From NCBI GenBank assembly GCA_037133055.1, contig JBAXOY010000006.1:1-47258 (forward strand): a stretch of DNA of 47,258 nt, in the 5' to 3' direction. A model generated the notes under the pieces. It did no database searches and was not told where the DNA came from. It worked only from the letters and a program-made list of their open reading frames with translations. This DNA is from Chlamydiota bacterium (GTDB lineage Bacteria; Auribacterota; Tritonobacteria; UBA1439). Both the position numbers and the translations under genes were made by a program. Positions within the stretch are counted from its first letter, which is position 1, and each line of letters starts with the position of its first letter. This document shows positions 35,599 to 45,576 of this stretch, in pieces.

Positions 35599-36564
35599 TC
35601 AAGGCAGGTTGACGCAGTTCGGGGGACGCCCGCCCTTGAGCATCGCCGCGAGGTTCGCCGCGGCCATCTCGGCCATCCGCGACCGGGTCTCGACGCTCGC
35701 GCTCCCGATATGGGGGAGCAGGATCGCGTTCTCGAGTTCCGAGAGCCCCCCCGCGAGGCGGGGCTCGTCCTCGTAGACGTCCAGCCCCGCGCCGGCGATC
35801 CCCTTTTCCCTCAGGGCGCGCACGAGCGCCTCCTCGTCCACCACCGGCCCGCGCGAGGTATTCACCAGGTACGCGCCCGGCTTCATCATCGCGAGCTCAC
35901 GCTCACCGATGAGGCGGCGGGTCTCCGGGGTGAGCGGCACGTGCAGGGAGACGAAGTCCGACTCCCTGAGGAGCGTCTCGAGCGCGGCCCGGGCGGCCCC
36001 GAGCTCCCGCTCGATCCGTTCGTTCCGCTCCGGGGCGCAGTAGAGGACCCGCATCCCGAACCCGCGCGCGCGCAGGGCGACCGCGGTCCCGATCCTCCCC
36101 GCGCCCACAATCCCGAGCGTCTTCCCGTGCACGTCCCCGCCGAGCATGAGCATGACGCCCCACCGCGTAAAGCGGCCGGCGCGCGTGAAACGGTCCGCCT
36201 CGGCGATGCGGCGCGCGACGCCGAGGATCAGCGCCCACGCGAGGTCCGCCGTCGTCTCGGTGAGGACCCCGGGGGTATTGCTGACGGAGATCCCGCGACG
36301 CGCGGCGGCCGCGACGTCGATGTTGTCGTAGCCGGCCGCGATGACGGCGATCCCCCTGAGGGAGGGACAGCGGGAGAGCAGGTCGTCGTCGACCCGGTCG
36401 GTGAGGAGGCAGAGGAGGCCCTCCCGGCCCCGGAGGCGGGAGGAGAGCTCGTCGCGGCTGAACACGCGGTCCTCGGCGTTAAGGTCGTACGCGATGCCTT
36501 CCCGGCGGAAAAGCGCGAGGGCGCTCTCCGGGACCGGCTGGCTCACGAGGACGCGCGGGATCAT
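35599..36564 (-). CDS. D-isomer 2-hydroxyacid dehydrogenase (glyoxylate reductase/D-glycerate dehydrogenase)
   Basis: NTPGVLTETTAD, GAGRIG, NTSRG, LDVYEDEP, PHIGSA. Confidence 0.93.
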   Translation of the reverse strand: MIPRVLVSQPVPESALALFRREGIAYDLNAEDRVFSRDELSSRLRGREGLLCLLTDRVDDDLLSRCPSLRGIAVIAAGYDNIDVAAAARRGISVSNTPGVLTETTADLAWALILGVARRIAEADRFTRAGRFTRWGVMLMLGGDVHGKTLGIVGAGRIGTAVALRARGFGMRVLYCAPERNERIERELGAARAALETLLRESDFVSLHVPLTPETRRLIGERELAMMKPGAYLVNTSRGPVVDEEALVRALREKGIAGAGLDVYEDEPRLAGGLSELENAILLPHIGSASVETRSRMAEMAAANLAAMLKGGRPPNCVNLP

Positions 36565-36572
36565 TGAACGGA

Positions 36573-37400
36573 TCAGACCTTGATATCCTTCACGACCGCC
36601 TTGATGAAGCGGACGAAATCCCCCTTCACGCGGCGGGTCGTCTCGATGACCTCCGCGTGGCTCAGGGGCTTCTCGAGGATGCCGGCGGCCATGTTCGTCA
36701 GGCAGGAGATGCCGAGCACGCGCATGCTCATCTGGCGGGCCACGATGACCTCGGGGATCGTGGACATTCCGGCGGCGTCCGCGCCGAGGATGGCGTAGCC
36801 CCTGATCTCCGCAGGCGTCTCGTAGGACGGGCCGGTGGAGGCGAGGTAGACGCCCTTCTGGAGCCGGATTCCCTCGCGTTTCGCCACCCGCTCGGCGAGG
36901 GCGAGGAGGTCCCGGTCGTACGGGTAGGACATGTCCACGAACCGGGGGCCGAACTCGTCGGAGTGCTCGCCCCGAAGGGGGTCCTGCTTGAAGTTGTTGA
37001 TGTGGTCCGTGATGAGCATGAAATCGCCCACCTTGAAGCTGCGGTTGATGGCGCCCGCCGCGTTGGTGACGATGAGGGCGGGGGCTCCGAGGAGTTTCAT
37101 GACGCGCACCGGGTAGGTGATGTCCGCGAGGGAGTGGCCCTCGTAGTAGTGAAAGCGCCCCGACATGGTGACCACCCGCTTGCCGCAGAGGTTCCCGAGC
37201 ACCAGCTCGCCCGCGTGCCCCTCGACCGTGGCCATGGGAAAATGGGGGATGTTGTCATAGGATATCTTCACCGGGTTCTTGATGTCGCGCACGATTGCGC
37301 CGAGCCCCGAGCCCAGGACCAGGGCGACCTGGGGATGGATATCCGTGACGGCGTGGATGTAGTCCACCGACTGCCTGAGATTCCGCAGCATGTTTTTCAT
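36573..37400 (-). CDS. punA: Purine-nucleoside phosphorylase (trimeric PunA/XapA type)
   Basis: LGSGLG, GHAG, GRFHYYEG, TNAAG, GPSYETPAE, GMST.PE, TNMAAG. Confidence 0.93.
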   Translation of the reverse strand: MKNMLRNLRQSVDYIHAVTDIHPQVALVLGSGLGAIVRDIKNPVKISYDNIPHFPMATVEGHAGELVLGNLCGKRVVTMSGRFHYYEGHSLADITYPVRVMKLLGAPALIVTNAAGAINRSFKVGDFMLITDHINNFKQDPLRGEHSDEFGPRFVDMSYPYDRDLLALAERVAKREGIRLQKGVYLASTGPSYETPAEIRGYAILGADAAGMSTIPEVIVARQMSMRVLGISCLTNMAAGILEKPLSHAEVIETTRRVKGDFVRFIKAVVKDIKV

Positions 37401-37428
37401 GGAAACTCAACACTCCTTTCTCCGTGTC

Positions 37429-38454
37429 TCAGCGGCCCGCGTCGGATGGGCCCCGGCGCCCGATCTCATCCTCAACCTTTCCCTCCTCGCGCTTCAGCGC
37501 GCCGAACGTGACCCCCTCGCGCCAGAGGCAGATGACGCCGACGAGGTTGATGAAGATGTACTGCGACCCCCACGCAACCCAGCCGCAGGCGAGCGCGGTG
37601 TTGGCCGCGTGGCCGAAGACCGTCAGCGCCTTCTTGTACCCGAGCTGGAAAGAGCCCATGTATCCCGGGCTTGGGACCATCACCGCGAGGGCGAGCATCG
37701 ACAGGAGGAGCGTGTAGCCCGAGAGCCCGAGGCCGCGGACCCCGAAGGCGCGATTGATGAAGTAGTAGGTGACGAGTATCCCCCCCCAGACGAAGACCGA
37801 GTAGACCACGATAAGCGCCACCTGCGATCCGTCTTTAAGAACGCTCAGCCCCTGCACGAACGACGCGACGGCGGCGCGGACCCGGAGCGCGATGCGCGGG
37901 GAGATCCTGACCAAAAGCCGGTGCGCGGCGCCCTCGACGGCCGCGGGGTATATCCTTGCGGCGACAAGGAGCGCAAGGATCCCGAGGTAGCCGGCCACGA
38001 GCACGAGGCCGAGCCGCTTCATTTCGGGACTGACGGTGAGCGAGAAGATAAGAAAGAGGAAGAGCGCCATCACGCAGAGGGCGTCCGAGATCCTCTCTAG
38101 CACGACCGTGGCGAGCACCGTGCTGACGCTCACCCCGTGCTTTTTCCCGACGAGCATGGCGCGGATAAACTCGCCGCTCCGGGCGGGGAGAACGTTGTTG
38201 GCCATGAAGCAGATGCTGATCGCGGAGAAGAGGTCCCAGAAGCCGATCCGCTTCATGGGGCGGAGAAGGCACTGCCATCGGAACACCCTGAATATCATCG
38301 AGACGGAGACGACCACCATCGCGGGGATGAGCCAGAGGTAGTCGGCCTGCGTGAGCGCGGACCAGAGCTCGCGGAAATCGACCCCGCGGAAGGCGACGGC
38401 GAGACAGAGAAGGGCCAGCGCGATTCCCACGACGGCCCGCGTGCCCTTGCTCAT
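37429..38454 (-). CDS. Flippase-like membrane protein (UPF0104)
   Basis: RW..LL, NNVLPARSGEF.R, ER..D, PSPG.MG. Confidence 0.85.
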   Translation of the reverse strand: MSKGTRAVVGIALALLCLAVAFRGVDFRELWSALTQADYLWLIPAMVVVSVSMIFRVFRWQCLLRPMKRIGFWDLFSAISICFMANNVLPARSGEFIRAMLVGKKHGVSVSTVLATVVLERISDALCVMALFLFLIFSLTVSPEMKRLGLVLVAGYLGILALLVAARIYPAAVEGAAHRLLVRISPRIALRVRAAVASFVQGLSVLKDGSQVALIVVYSVFVWGGILVTYYFINRAFGVRGLGLSGYTLLLSMLALAVMVPSPGYMGSFQLGYKKALTVFGHAANTALACGWVAWGSQYIFINLVGVICLWREGVTFGALKREEGKVEDEIGRRGPSDAGR

Positions 38455-38524
38455 CCCGGCCACCCTGCCCTCCCGCTTCTTCGGGGATGGAGCGCTCCAT
38501 CCGCATCCGCGTGAAACTTGGGCA

Positions 38525-38553
38525 ATAGTAGCACGTGGGGGCCCGGTTGGCAA
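38525..38553 (-). promoter_or_regulatory. Putative sigma70 promoter
   Basis: TTGCCA-17bp-TACTAT with extended TG. Confidence 0.5.
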
Positions 38554-38640
38554 TAAACCTCCGCGGCGGGTTCACGGTGGGTTCGGCGCTGTGGGTCGAA
38601 TCCGCTGTCTTCCCCCTCGCCGCGCATTTTCCCCCGCCGC

Positions 38641-39201
38641 TCACTTCCGATTTTTCCTACGGGGCGCCGTGTAGCGCGCCCGCGCCTCTTTTGCGCTGAA
38701 ACCGATCGGACGGCGCGGCGGAACGGGCGGCGTCATGAGTTGTCGAATGGCGTCGAAAACCATCCGGAACCGGGCATCGTACTTTTTCTCCAGATCCGCC
38801 AGTTTCCCGGCGAGGTCTTTATGGCTTGCAAGAATCTGCCGCAACCTGACAAATGCGCGCATGATTTCGATGTTCACGCAGACCGCGCGAGGGCTTCTGA
38901 GAATGCCCGACAGCATGGCCACGCCCTGTTCGGTAAAAGCAAGAGGGAGATACTTGGCGTGTTGACCGCGCTTTAAGATGCCAAATTGGCATCTTAAAGA
39001 ATCGTATTCCTTCGCGGTAAGATGAAACATGAAATCGGGCGGGAACCGCTCACAATTTCTTTTAACAGCCCTTTTTACGTGCGCGGTAGTGACTCCGTAT
39101 AAATCCGCGAGATCGACATCCAGCATAACCTTATGCCCCCTGATGAGCAGGATTGCGTGTTCAATGCGCTCAACAGGGACGGGCAGCCGGTTGTTGTTCA
39201 T
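38641..39201 (-). CDS. ORF6N-domain DNA-binding protein
   Basis: [16 protein letters not shown]....[26 protein letters not shown]; lower GC; TTGACA-17-CATGCT upstream. Confidence 0.92.
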   Translation of the reverse strand: MNNNRLPVPVERIEHAILLIRGHKVMLDVDLADLYGVTTAHVKRAVKRNCERFPPDFMFHLTAKEYDSLRCQFGILKRGQHAKYLPLAFTEQGVAMLSGILRSPRAVCVNIEIMRAFVRLRQILASHKDLAGKLADLEKKYDARFRMVFDAIRQLMTPPVPPRRPIGFSAKEARARYTAPRRKNRK

Positions 39202-39312
39202 AACCCCCGGACGTGATAGACAACACCTTCGAACGTAGCATGAACCGGACAAAATACCCTGTCAACCTTCAATCGCGTTCCTGCACGTATCAGTGACGAT
39301 GAAGCATTTTTA

Positions 39313-39351
39313 CCCCCCGCCCTATCCCTCCCCCTCAAGGGGGGAGGGGAA
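39313..39351. repeat. REP-like GC palindrome overlapping the bioD stop codon
   Basis: CCCTATCCCTCCCCCTCAAGGGGGGAGGGGAA. Confidence 0.7.
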
Positions 39352-40080
39352 TGATCCTGTCGGGGATTTGGGATCGCGCATCAGGGTTTCGGAAATCCCA
39401 TCCGCGGCAATGACGAGGCGTTCCCACGCATCCGGTGCGCACGGATCGTCCCCGCCCCACGGGATCGAACCGAGGAAAGGGACGCCGCAGAGTTCCCCGA
39501 TGCAGGCGGCGTTGTCCCTCAGCATCTCCCCGTCTTCCCCCGGACGGGAGGCGTTGAAGACGAAGCCCTCGACCGGGATGCCGCGGGAGCGCGCGTGAAG
39601 AATGGCAAGGGCGGCGTGGTTGATCGTGCCGAGGCCGGGGCGGGCGACGACGAGGAGGGGGATCCTCCACCTGAGCGCAAGGTCGGCGACGGTAAATTTC
39701 CCCTCGAGCGGCACGAGGAGCCCGCCGACGCCTTCCACCAGGAGAATCCGATGTCTCCGCGTCATCGATTCAAAGGCCGCGTCGAGCGCCGCGAGGTCGA
39801 GTGTCCTCCCCTCCCTCCCTGCCGCGACCGACGGCGCGAGCGGCGCCCTGTAGCGGACGGGATTGACGAGCTCCGCGGGGTCGAGGCGGCCGAGGATCCG
39901 CTCGAAAAAGAGCGCGTCGGGCGACATCAGGCCGCGCGCCGTATCCCCGCAGCCGCTCGCCACGGGTTTCATCACGCCCGCGTCGATGCCGCGGCGGCGG
40001 AGGCCCGAGGCGAGGAGGGCGGTCACGAGGGTCTTGCCCACGCCGGTGTCCGTGCCGGTGATAAAGAGAGCCCTCATCAT
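39322..40080 (-). CDS. bioD: Dethiobiotin synthase
   Basis: TGTDTGVGKT, KPVASG, APLAP, VEGVGG, LGTINH. Confidence 0.96.
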   Translation of the reverse strand: MMRALFITGTDTGVGKTLVTALLASGLRRRGIDAGVMKPVASGCGDTARGLMSPDALFFERILGRLDPAELVNPVRYRAPLAPSVAAGREGRTLDLAALDAAFESMTRRHRILLVEGVGGLLVPLEGKFTVADLALRWRIPLLVVARPGLGTINHAALAILHARSRGIPVEGFVFNASRPGEDGEMLRDNAACIGELCGVPFLGSIPWGGDDPCAPDAWERLVIAADGISETLMRDPKSPTGSFPSPLEGEG

Positions 40081-40108
40081 TGACGCATTCCCTTTGTAGG
40101 AGAGCTTT

Positions 40109-41470
40109 TCATTCCGTCTCCTCCCTGATACAGCGCGCGATAACTCCGCACAGGAGCGCAAGGTCGCGGCGGCTGATCGCGAGGGGCGGAAGGATCACGA
40201 TGACATCCCCGAGCGGCCTGAGCATCACCCCGTAGTTCCTCGCCCGCATGCAGACCCGGTGCCCCACCCGCGCGGCATACGCGTACGGCCGCTTCGTGCG
40301 CTTCGACCGCACGAGCTCTATCCCCGCCATGAAACCGCACTGGCGCACATCCCCGACGTGCGGTAACCGGCCGATACCCTCGAGCAGGCGCCCGAGGAGG
40401 GCGATCTTCGGCCGGAGGCGCTCCAGCAGCCGCTCCTTCTCGAACAGATCGAGGCTCGCGAGGGCTGCGGCGCAGGCGAGGGCGTTCCCCGTGTACGAGT
40501 GCCCGTGAAAAAATGTCTTCCTCCCGCGGAACGGGGCGCGGAACCCGTCATAGATCCGCTTCGTCGTGAGCGTGGCGGCGAGCGGCAGATATCCGCCGGT
40601 GATCCCCTTCGCCAGCACGAGGAAATCCGGCGAAACCCGCTCCCGCTCGCAGGCGAACATCGTCCCGGTGCGGCCGAAACCGGTCGCGACCTCGTCGGCG
40701 ATGAGGAGGACGCCGTGCGCGCGACAGAGCCCCGCGACCGCGGCGAGGTGCCCCGGCGGGGCGACGAGCATCCCGCCCGCCGCCTGGACGAGGGGCTCGA
40801 TGATGAGCGCCGCGATCTCGCTTCCGCGCCGCCGGAGGAGCCCCTCGAGCGCGGAGAGACAGTCGCGACCGCACGAGGCGCGCTCCTTCCCGAGCGGGCA
40901 CCGGTAGCAGTAAAAGGACGGCCCCGCGAGCGTCGGGAAGAGGAGGGGCCCGTACACCTCGCGGAAGAGGTCGATCCCCCCGACGCTCGCCGCCCCGAGC
41001 GTGTCGCCGTGGTAGGCGTTCGGGAGGCGGATGAACTTTCGCTTCCGCCCGTAGTTCCCGCCCCTGTTCCGCCAGTACTGGAACGCGAGCTTCAGCGCGA
41101 TCTCGACCGCCGTCGACCCGTCGTCGGAGTAGAAGACCTTTTCGAGCCCGGGCGGAGCGATGCGCGCCAGCGCCTCCGCGAGTTCCGCGGAAGGGACGCT
41201 CCCGAGGCCGAGCAGGGTGGAGTGCGCGAACCTGCCGAGCTGTCCCGTGATCGCCCGGTCGATCTCCCTCTTCCGGTGCCCGTGGATATTGACCCAGAGC
41301 GACGAAACGCCGTCGAGGTACCGCCGCCCCTGCGTGTCCTCGATCCGGAAGCCCTTCGCCGCCCGGATCACCACCTGGTCTTCCCGCTCCCAGTCCCGCA
41401 TCTGCGTGAACGGGTGCCAGACATGGCGGCGGTCTTTCCGCATCGCGTCGTTGTTTCCCCGTCTCCTCAC
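40109..41470 (-). CDS. bioA: Adenosylmethionine-8-amino-7-oxononanoate aminotransferase
   Basis: WHPFTQM, SSLWVN.HG, YHGDT, DEVATGFGRTG, KGITGGY, HGHSYTGN. Confidence 0.96.
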   Translation of the reverse strand: MRRRGNNDAMRKDRRHVWHPFTQMRDWEREDQVVIRAAKGFRIEDTQGRRYLDGVSSLWVNIHGHRKREIDRAITGQLGRFAHSTLLGLGSVPSAELAEALARIAPPGLEKVFYSDDGSTAVEIALKLAFQYWRNRGGNYGRKRKFIRLPNAYHGDTLGAASVGGIDLFREVYGPLLFPTLAGPSFYCYRCPLGKERASCGRDCLSALEGLLRRRGSEIAALIIEPLVQAAGGMLVAPPGHLAAVAGLCRAHGVLLIADEVATGFGRTGTMFACERERVSPDFLVLAKGITGGYLPLAATLTTKRIYDGFRAPFRGRKTFFHGHSYTGNALACAAALASLDLFEKERLLERLRPKIALLGRLLEGIGRLPHVGDVRQCGFMAGIELVRSKRTKRPYAYAARVGHRVCMRARNYGVMLRPLGDVIVILPPLAISRRDLALLCGVIARCIREETE

Positions 41471-42648
41471 GGCGTCCCTCCCCCGATGCTTCTGAACGCG
41501 TCGAGCAGGCGGTCTATATCCTCATCCGTGTGCGAGGCCATGACGCTCAGGCGCAGGCGGCTCGACCCTTTCGGCACGGTCGGCGGGCGGATCGCCGGGG
41601 CGAGGATCCCGCGGGCGAGGAGCTCCCGCGAGAGCCGCGCCGCCGCGCCCGCCTCCCCCACCCGCACCGGCACGATCTGGAACGCGCTCCCCATCGTGTC
41701 GAATCCGAGACCGGCGAGCCCTTTTCGCAGCCTCTCCGCCCTGCGGAGCACGACGCGCCTCAATGACGGCCGCGCGCGCACGATCTTCAACGCCGCGAGC
41801 GCGGCGGCGCAGGCGGCGGGGGGCGGGGCCGTGGTGTAGACGAAACTCCGCGCGCGATGCCTCAGGTAGTCGATGAGCGCGGCGGAGCCCGCCACGAACC
41901 CCCCGCTCCCCCCGAGGGCCTTGCTCAGCGTCCCCATCGAGACATCCACCGCGTCCTCAACCCCCAGAAGCTCCGCCCCCCCGCGCCCGCGCTCGCCGAG
42001 AACGCCCGTCGCGTGCGCCTCGTCCACCATCAGGCACGCGCCGTATCGCCGCGCCAGGCCGGCGATCCTGTCGAGCGGGGCGAGGTCGCCGTCCATGCTG
42101 AAGAGGCTGTCGGTGACGACGATCCTCCTGCGCGAGGCCGCGCTCACGGCGAGTATCCTCTCGAGCTTCGCGGTGTCGCCGTGCGGGTAGACCCGGACCG
42201 CGGCGCCCGAGAGGCGGCAGCCGTCCACAATGCTCGCGTGGTCGAGCTTGTCGATGACGAGCGTGTCGCCGGGGCCCGCGAGCGCGCCGAGCACCCCGAG
42301 GTTTGCGGCGTACCCCGAGGAAAAGGCGATCGCCGCCTCCCTGCCCTTGAACGCCGCGAGCTCGCGCTCGAGCTCGTCGTGGAGCCGCATCGTCCCCGAG
42401 ATGAGGCGCGATGCCCCGGATCCCCACCCGTACCGCCCGATCGCTTCGCGGGCCGCTTCCGCCACCGCCGGGTGCTCCGCGAGGCCGAGGTAGTTGTTCG
42501 CGCAGAAGCAGAGATACTCGCGCCCGCCGACGACGACGCGCGGCCCCTGCGCGCCGTCGACGAGCCGCGGCTCGCGGTACAGGCCCGCGGCCCTGATGAG
42601 ATCGAGCTCCCGCAGGAGCTGTTCCGAGAGGGGGGACGCCGCGGTCAT
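41467..42648 (-). CDS. bioF: 8-amino-7-oxononanoate synthase
   Basis: NNYLGL, GSGASRLISG, HAS..DG, FSMDGD, DEAH, TLSKALG, IRPPTVP. Confidence 0.95.
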   Translation of the reverse strand: MTAASPLSEQLLRELDLIRAAGLYREPRLVDGAQGPRVVVGGREYLCFCANNYLGLAEHPAVAEAAREAIGRYGWGSGASRLISGTMRLHDELERELAAFKGREAAIAFSSGYAANLGVLGALAGPGDTLVIDKLDHASIVDGCRLSGAAVRVYPHGDTAKLERILAVSAASRRRIVVTDSLFSMDGDLAPLDRIAGLARRYGACLMVDEAHATGVLGERGRGGAELLGVEDAVDVSMGTLSKALGGSGGFVAGSAALIDYLRHRARSFVYTTAPPPAACAAALAALKIVRARPSLRRVVLRRAERLRKGLAGLGFDTMGSAFQIVPVRVGEAGAAARLSRELLARGILAPAIRPPTVPKGSSRLRLSVMASHTDEDIDRLLDAFRSIGGGTP

Positions 42649-43865
42649 CGCTCCGGCCTCCCCGCGACGAGCACCCCGATCTGCCCGCCGAACCCGCACG
42701 AGATCGAGAGCGCGTTCTCCATCGCGCGCGGTTTCGCCTCGAGCGGCGTGCAGTCAAGATCGCACTGCGGATCGGGAGAACGCAGGTTGAGCGTGGGGGG
42801 AATCACGCCGCGATCGAGCGCAAGGAGCGCGACGATGAACTCCACGGCCCCGGCCGCTCCCAGGAGATGCCCGGTCGCCGGTTTGGTCGAACTGATCGAG
42901 AGGCGGCGCGCCGCCGGACCGAACGCCCTTGTGATGCCTTTCGTCTCCGCGGGATCGTTGAGGCGGGTCCCCGTGCCGTGCGCGTTGACATACTGGACCT
43001 CTTCCGGCCGCACCCCCGAGCGGCGCAGGGCCTCCGCGATGATCGCCCCGAGCGCCTCCCCCGAGGGGTCCGGCGCGGTCATGTGATACCCATCCCCTCC
43101 CATCGCCCCCCCCCTGAGCCGGGCGCGCGGCCGCGCCCCGCGAGCGCGCGCGTGCCGTTCCTCTTCAAGCACGACCATGCCGCACCCCTCGCCGAGCACG
43201 AATCCGCGACGACTTTGATCGAACGGCCTGCACGCCTCCGCGGGCAGGCCGCCGTCCGCCGCGAGAACCCCCATCCGCAGGTATCCGCGCAGCAGCATCG
43301 GCGTGACGCAGGACTCCGCGGCGCCCGCCAGAACGACATCCGCCCCGCCCGCCAGTATCGTCCGCATCCCCGCAAGGATCGCGACCGCCCCCGTGGCACA
43401 CGCGGCCATGGGCGCGGTGACGGGCCCCGCGACGCGATACCGACCCGCGAGCGACGCCGCCGGGCTGTTCGAAAAAAAACAGCCGGCGTCGTCCGCATCC
43501 ACCGCGCCGGGGCCCCCCCGGTGATACGCCCCGCAGATCTCCTCGAGGGCGCGGTAGGCGTTCTTGCTCGATCCGACGCTGATCCCCGCCCGTTCGCGGC
43601 ACGCCGCGATATCCAGCGCCGCATCCCGCAGCGCCGCCCCGGCGGCGTCCAGGGCGAACCGGACATGGCGCCGCGCCGTGTCCTCAAACCGTGAATCGCC
43701 GACCGGGCAGTAAAACCGCGCCCCGGTATCTCTCAACGGGCCCTCGGGCAGAAAGGCCGCGCCGCTTTCACCGCTCGTGATCCTCCGCCACACGGTGTCC
43801 GGATCGCACCCGAGCGGGGTGACCAGCCCGATGCCGGTGACGACGACCGCGCGCCCGGCGTTCAT
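42645..43865 (-). CDS. FabF-like beta-ketoacyl-ACP synthase paralog within the biotin operon
   Basis: VVVTGIG, catalytic ACATG, HMTAP, NAHGTGT, GHLLGAAG; atypical GSSK and SCGFGG. Confidence 0.9.
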   Translation of the reverse strand: MNAGRAVVVTGIGLVTPLGCDPDTVWRRITSGESGAAFLPEGPLRDTGARFYCPVGDSRFEDTARRHVRFALDAAGAALRDAALDIAACRERAGISVGSSKNAYRALEEICGAYHRGGPGAVDADDAGCFFSNSPAASLAGRYRVAGPVTAPMAACATGAVAILAGMRTILAGGADVVLAGAAESCVTPMLLRGYLRMGVLAADGGLPAEACRPFDQSRRGFVLGEGCGMVVLEEERHARARGARPRARLRGGAMGGDGYHMTAPDPSGEALGAIIAEALRRSGVRPEEVQYVNAHGTGTRLNDPAETKGITRAFGPAARRLSISSTKPATGHLLGAAGAVEFIVALLALDRGVIPPTLNLRSPDPQCDLDCTPLEAKPRAMENALSISCGFGGQIGVLVAGRPER

Positions 43866-44596
43866 GCCCACCGGCGTATTCTCCCGTCCAGCGCGAAGAT
43901 CTGGCCCGACACCCCTTCCATCCCCGCCAGGTGCACGATGAACCGCGCCGAGGCCCCGACATCCGCGTGCCGGTTGAGGACGCTCTCCGCGCGCGCGCGG
44001 GCTCGAGCCTGCGGAGAGGCCGTCATGCCCATCCCCGTGAGCATGAAGCCGGGTATGACCGCGTTGGCCCGGACGCCGGAGCCGCCGAGCTCTCGCGCGA
44101 TGCTCATGGTGAACCCGACGAGCGCGGCCTTCGACGCCGCGTACGCGCTCTCCCCCCTCCCGCCGCTCACGCCGAGGATCGAGCCGACGGTGATGATATG
44201 CCCCGTCCCCCGCCGCAACATCAGGGCCGCCGCCGCCCGCGCGCAGAGGAATACCCCCTTGAGGTTCGTGCCGAGCACCGCGTCCCAGTCGGCCTCGCGT
44301 GTGGAGACGCACAGCGCCTCGTGCGCGATCCCCGCGTTGGCCACGAGGACATCCAGCCGCCCCCACCGCGCCGACAGCTCCCCGGCCATCGCCTCGACCT
44401 CGCGCGCGTCCGCGACATCGGCCCGGCAGGCGAACGCCTCGCCGCCCGCGGCGGCAATCCCCGCCGCGACGCGTTCCGCCTCGTCCCGCGAGGATCGATA
44501 GTTCACCGCGACGCGGTAGCCGGCCCTGGCGAACTCGGCGGCCGCGACGGCGCCGAGGCCGCGCGACGCGCCGGTCACGAGAACGACCTTCTTCAT
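43862..44596 (-). CDS. FabG-like 3-oxoacyl-ACP reductase paralog within the biotin operon
   Basis: TGASRGLG, ANAGI, S...YAASK, PGF..T.M. Confidence 0.9.
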   Translation of the reverse strand: MKKVVLVTGASRGLGAVAAAEFARAGYRVAVNYRSSRDEAERVAAGIAAAGGEAFACRADVADAREVEAMAGELSARWGRLDVLVANAGIAHEALCVSTREADWDAVLGTNLKGVFLCARAAAALMLRRGTGHIITVGSILGVSGGRGESAYAASKAALVGFTMSIARELGGSGVRANAVIPGFMLTGMGMTASPQARARARAESVLNRHADVGASARFIVHLAGMEGVSGQIFALDGRIRRWA

Positions 44597-45567
44597 CGCG
44601 CGCACCCCACCTCCAGCCCCAGCCGCCGGAGCATGCGCAGGTCGTCGCCGGGGGCGCGCCCCTTCGCGGTGAGGTAGTCCCCGACCATCATCGCGTTCGC
44701 GCCTGCGGCGAAGATCCTTTCCTGCATCTTCCCGAGCACGAGTTCCCTGCCCCCCGCGACCCGTATCTCCGCGAGGGGAAGGACGAAACGGAAGACGGCG
44801 ATGATCCGCAGCGCCTCGCGCGCGGGGAGCGGGCGCTTCTTCCCGAGCGGCGTCCCCCGGACGGGCATCAGGAAGTTGAGGGGGACCGAATCGACCCCCA
44901 ATTCCCGCAGGGCGAGGGCGAGGTCCACCCGGTCCCCCCACGTCTCCCCGAGTCCGAATAGTCCCCCGGAGCAGACCTGGAGACCCGCGCGCCGCGCCGC
45001 TCGCACCGTCCGCACGCGGTCGGCCCACCGGTGAGTCGTGCAGGCCGACGGGAAAAACCGCGGGGAGGTCTCGAGGTTGTGGTGATAGCGCGACAGGCCG
45101 GCCCTTTTGAGCCGCCCCGCCCCGGCCTCCCCTATTTCGCCGAGCGAGGCGCAGGGGATGATCCCTCCCATCCGCCGAATCGCCCGGACCGCGGCGCACA
45201 CCCGGGCCACATCGCCCCGACCCGCCGCGCGCCCGCTCGTCACGACGCCGAAGCGGACCGCGCCCATCGCGCGCGCGTTCCGGGCTGCCGAGAGAAGGGC
45301 CGCGACGCCGCGCATCGGGTACACCGGCGCGCCCGCCGCGTGGCGGGAGGACTGGGCGCAGAAGGCGCAGTCCTCTCCGCAGAGGCCGGAGCGGGCGTTT
45401 GTGATCGCGCAGAGCGCGACCCTGTTTCCCCCGCATTCCCGGCGAAGCGCGTCCGCGCCCCGGAGAAGGTCCCCGAGGGGAGCCCTGACCAGGGAGAGCG
45501 CGGTCACGCGGGAGATTCTCTCCCCGACGCGGATCCTGGACAACGCGCGGAGAACCGTTTTGTTCAT
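44593..45567 (-). CDS. bioB: Biotin synthase (radical SAM)
   Basis: CGEDCAFCAQS, YHHNLETS, VCSGG, VPLNFL, R.AGGRE; alternative start 45576. Confidence 0.96.
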   Translation of the reverse strand: MNKTVLRALSRIRVGERISRVTALSLVRAPLGDLLRGADALRRECGGNRVALCAITNARSGLCGEDCAFCAQSSRHAAGAPVYPMRGVAALLSAARNARAMGAVRFGVVTSGRAAGRGDVARVCAAVRAIRRMGGIIPCASLGEIGEAGAGRLKRAGLSRYHHNLETSPRFFPSACTTHRWADRVRTVRAARRAGLQVCSGGLFGLGETWGDRVDLALALRELGVDSVPLNFLMPVRGTPLGKKRPLPAREALRIIAVFRFVLPLAEIRVAGGRELVLGKMQERIFAAGANAMMVGDYLTAKGRAPGDDLRMLRRLGLEVGCAR

Positions 45568-45576
45568 GGCAGGCAT

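Noticed and set aside
38460..38640. tRNA or structured ncRNA
   Set aside because: No cloverleaf, T-loop or CCA pattern; explained by a promoter and a short hairpin
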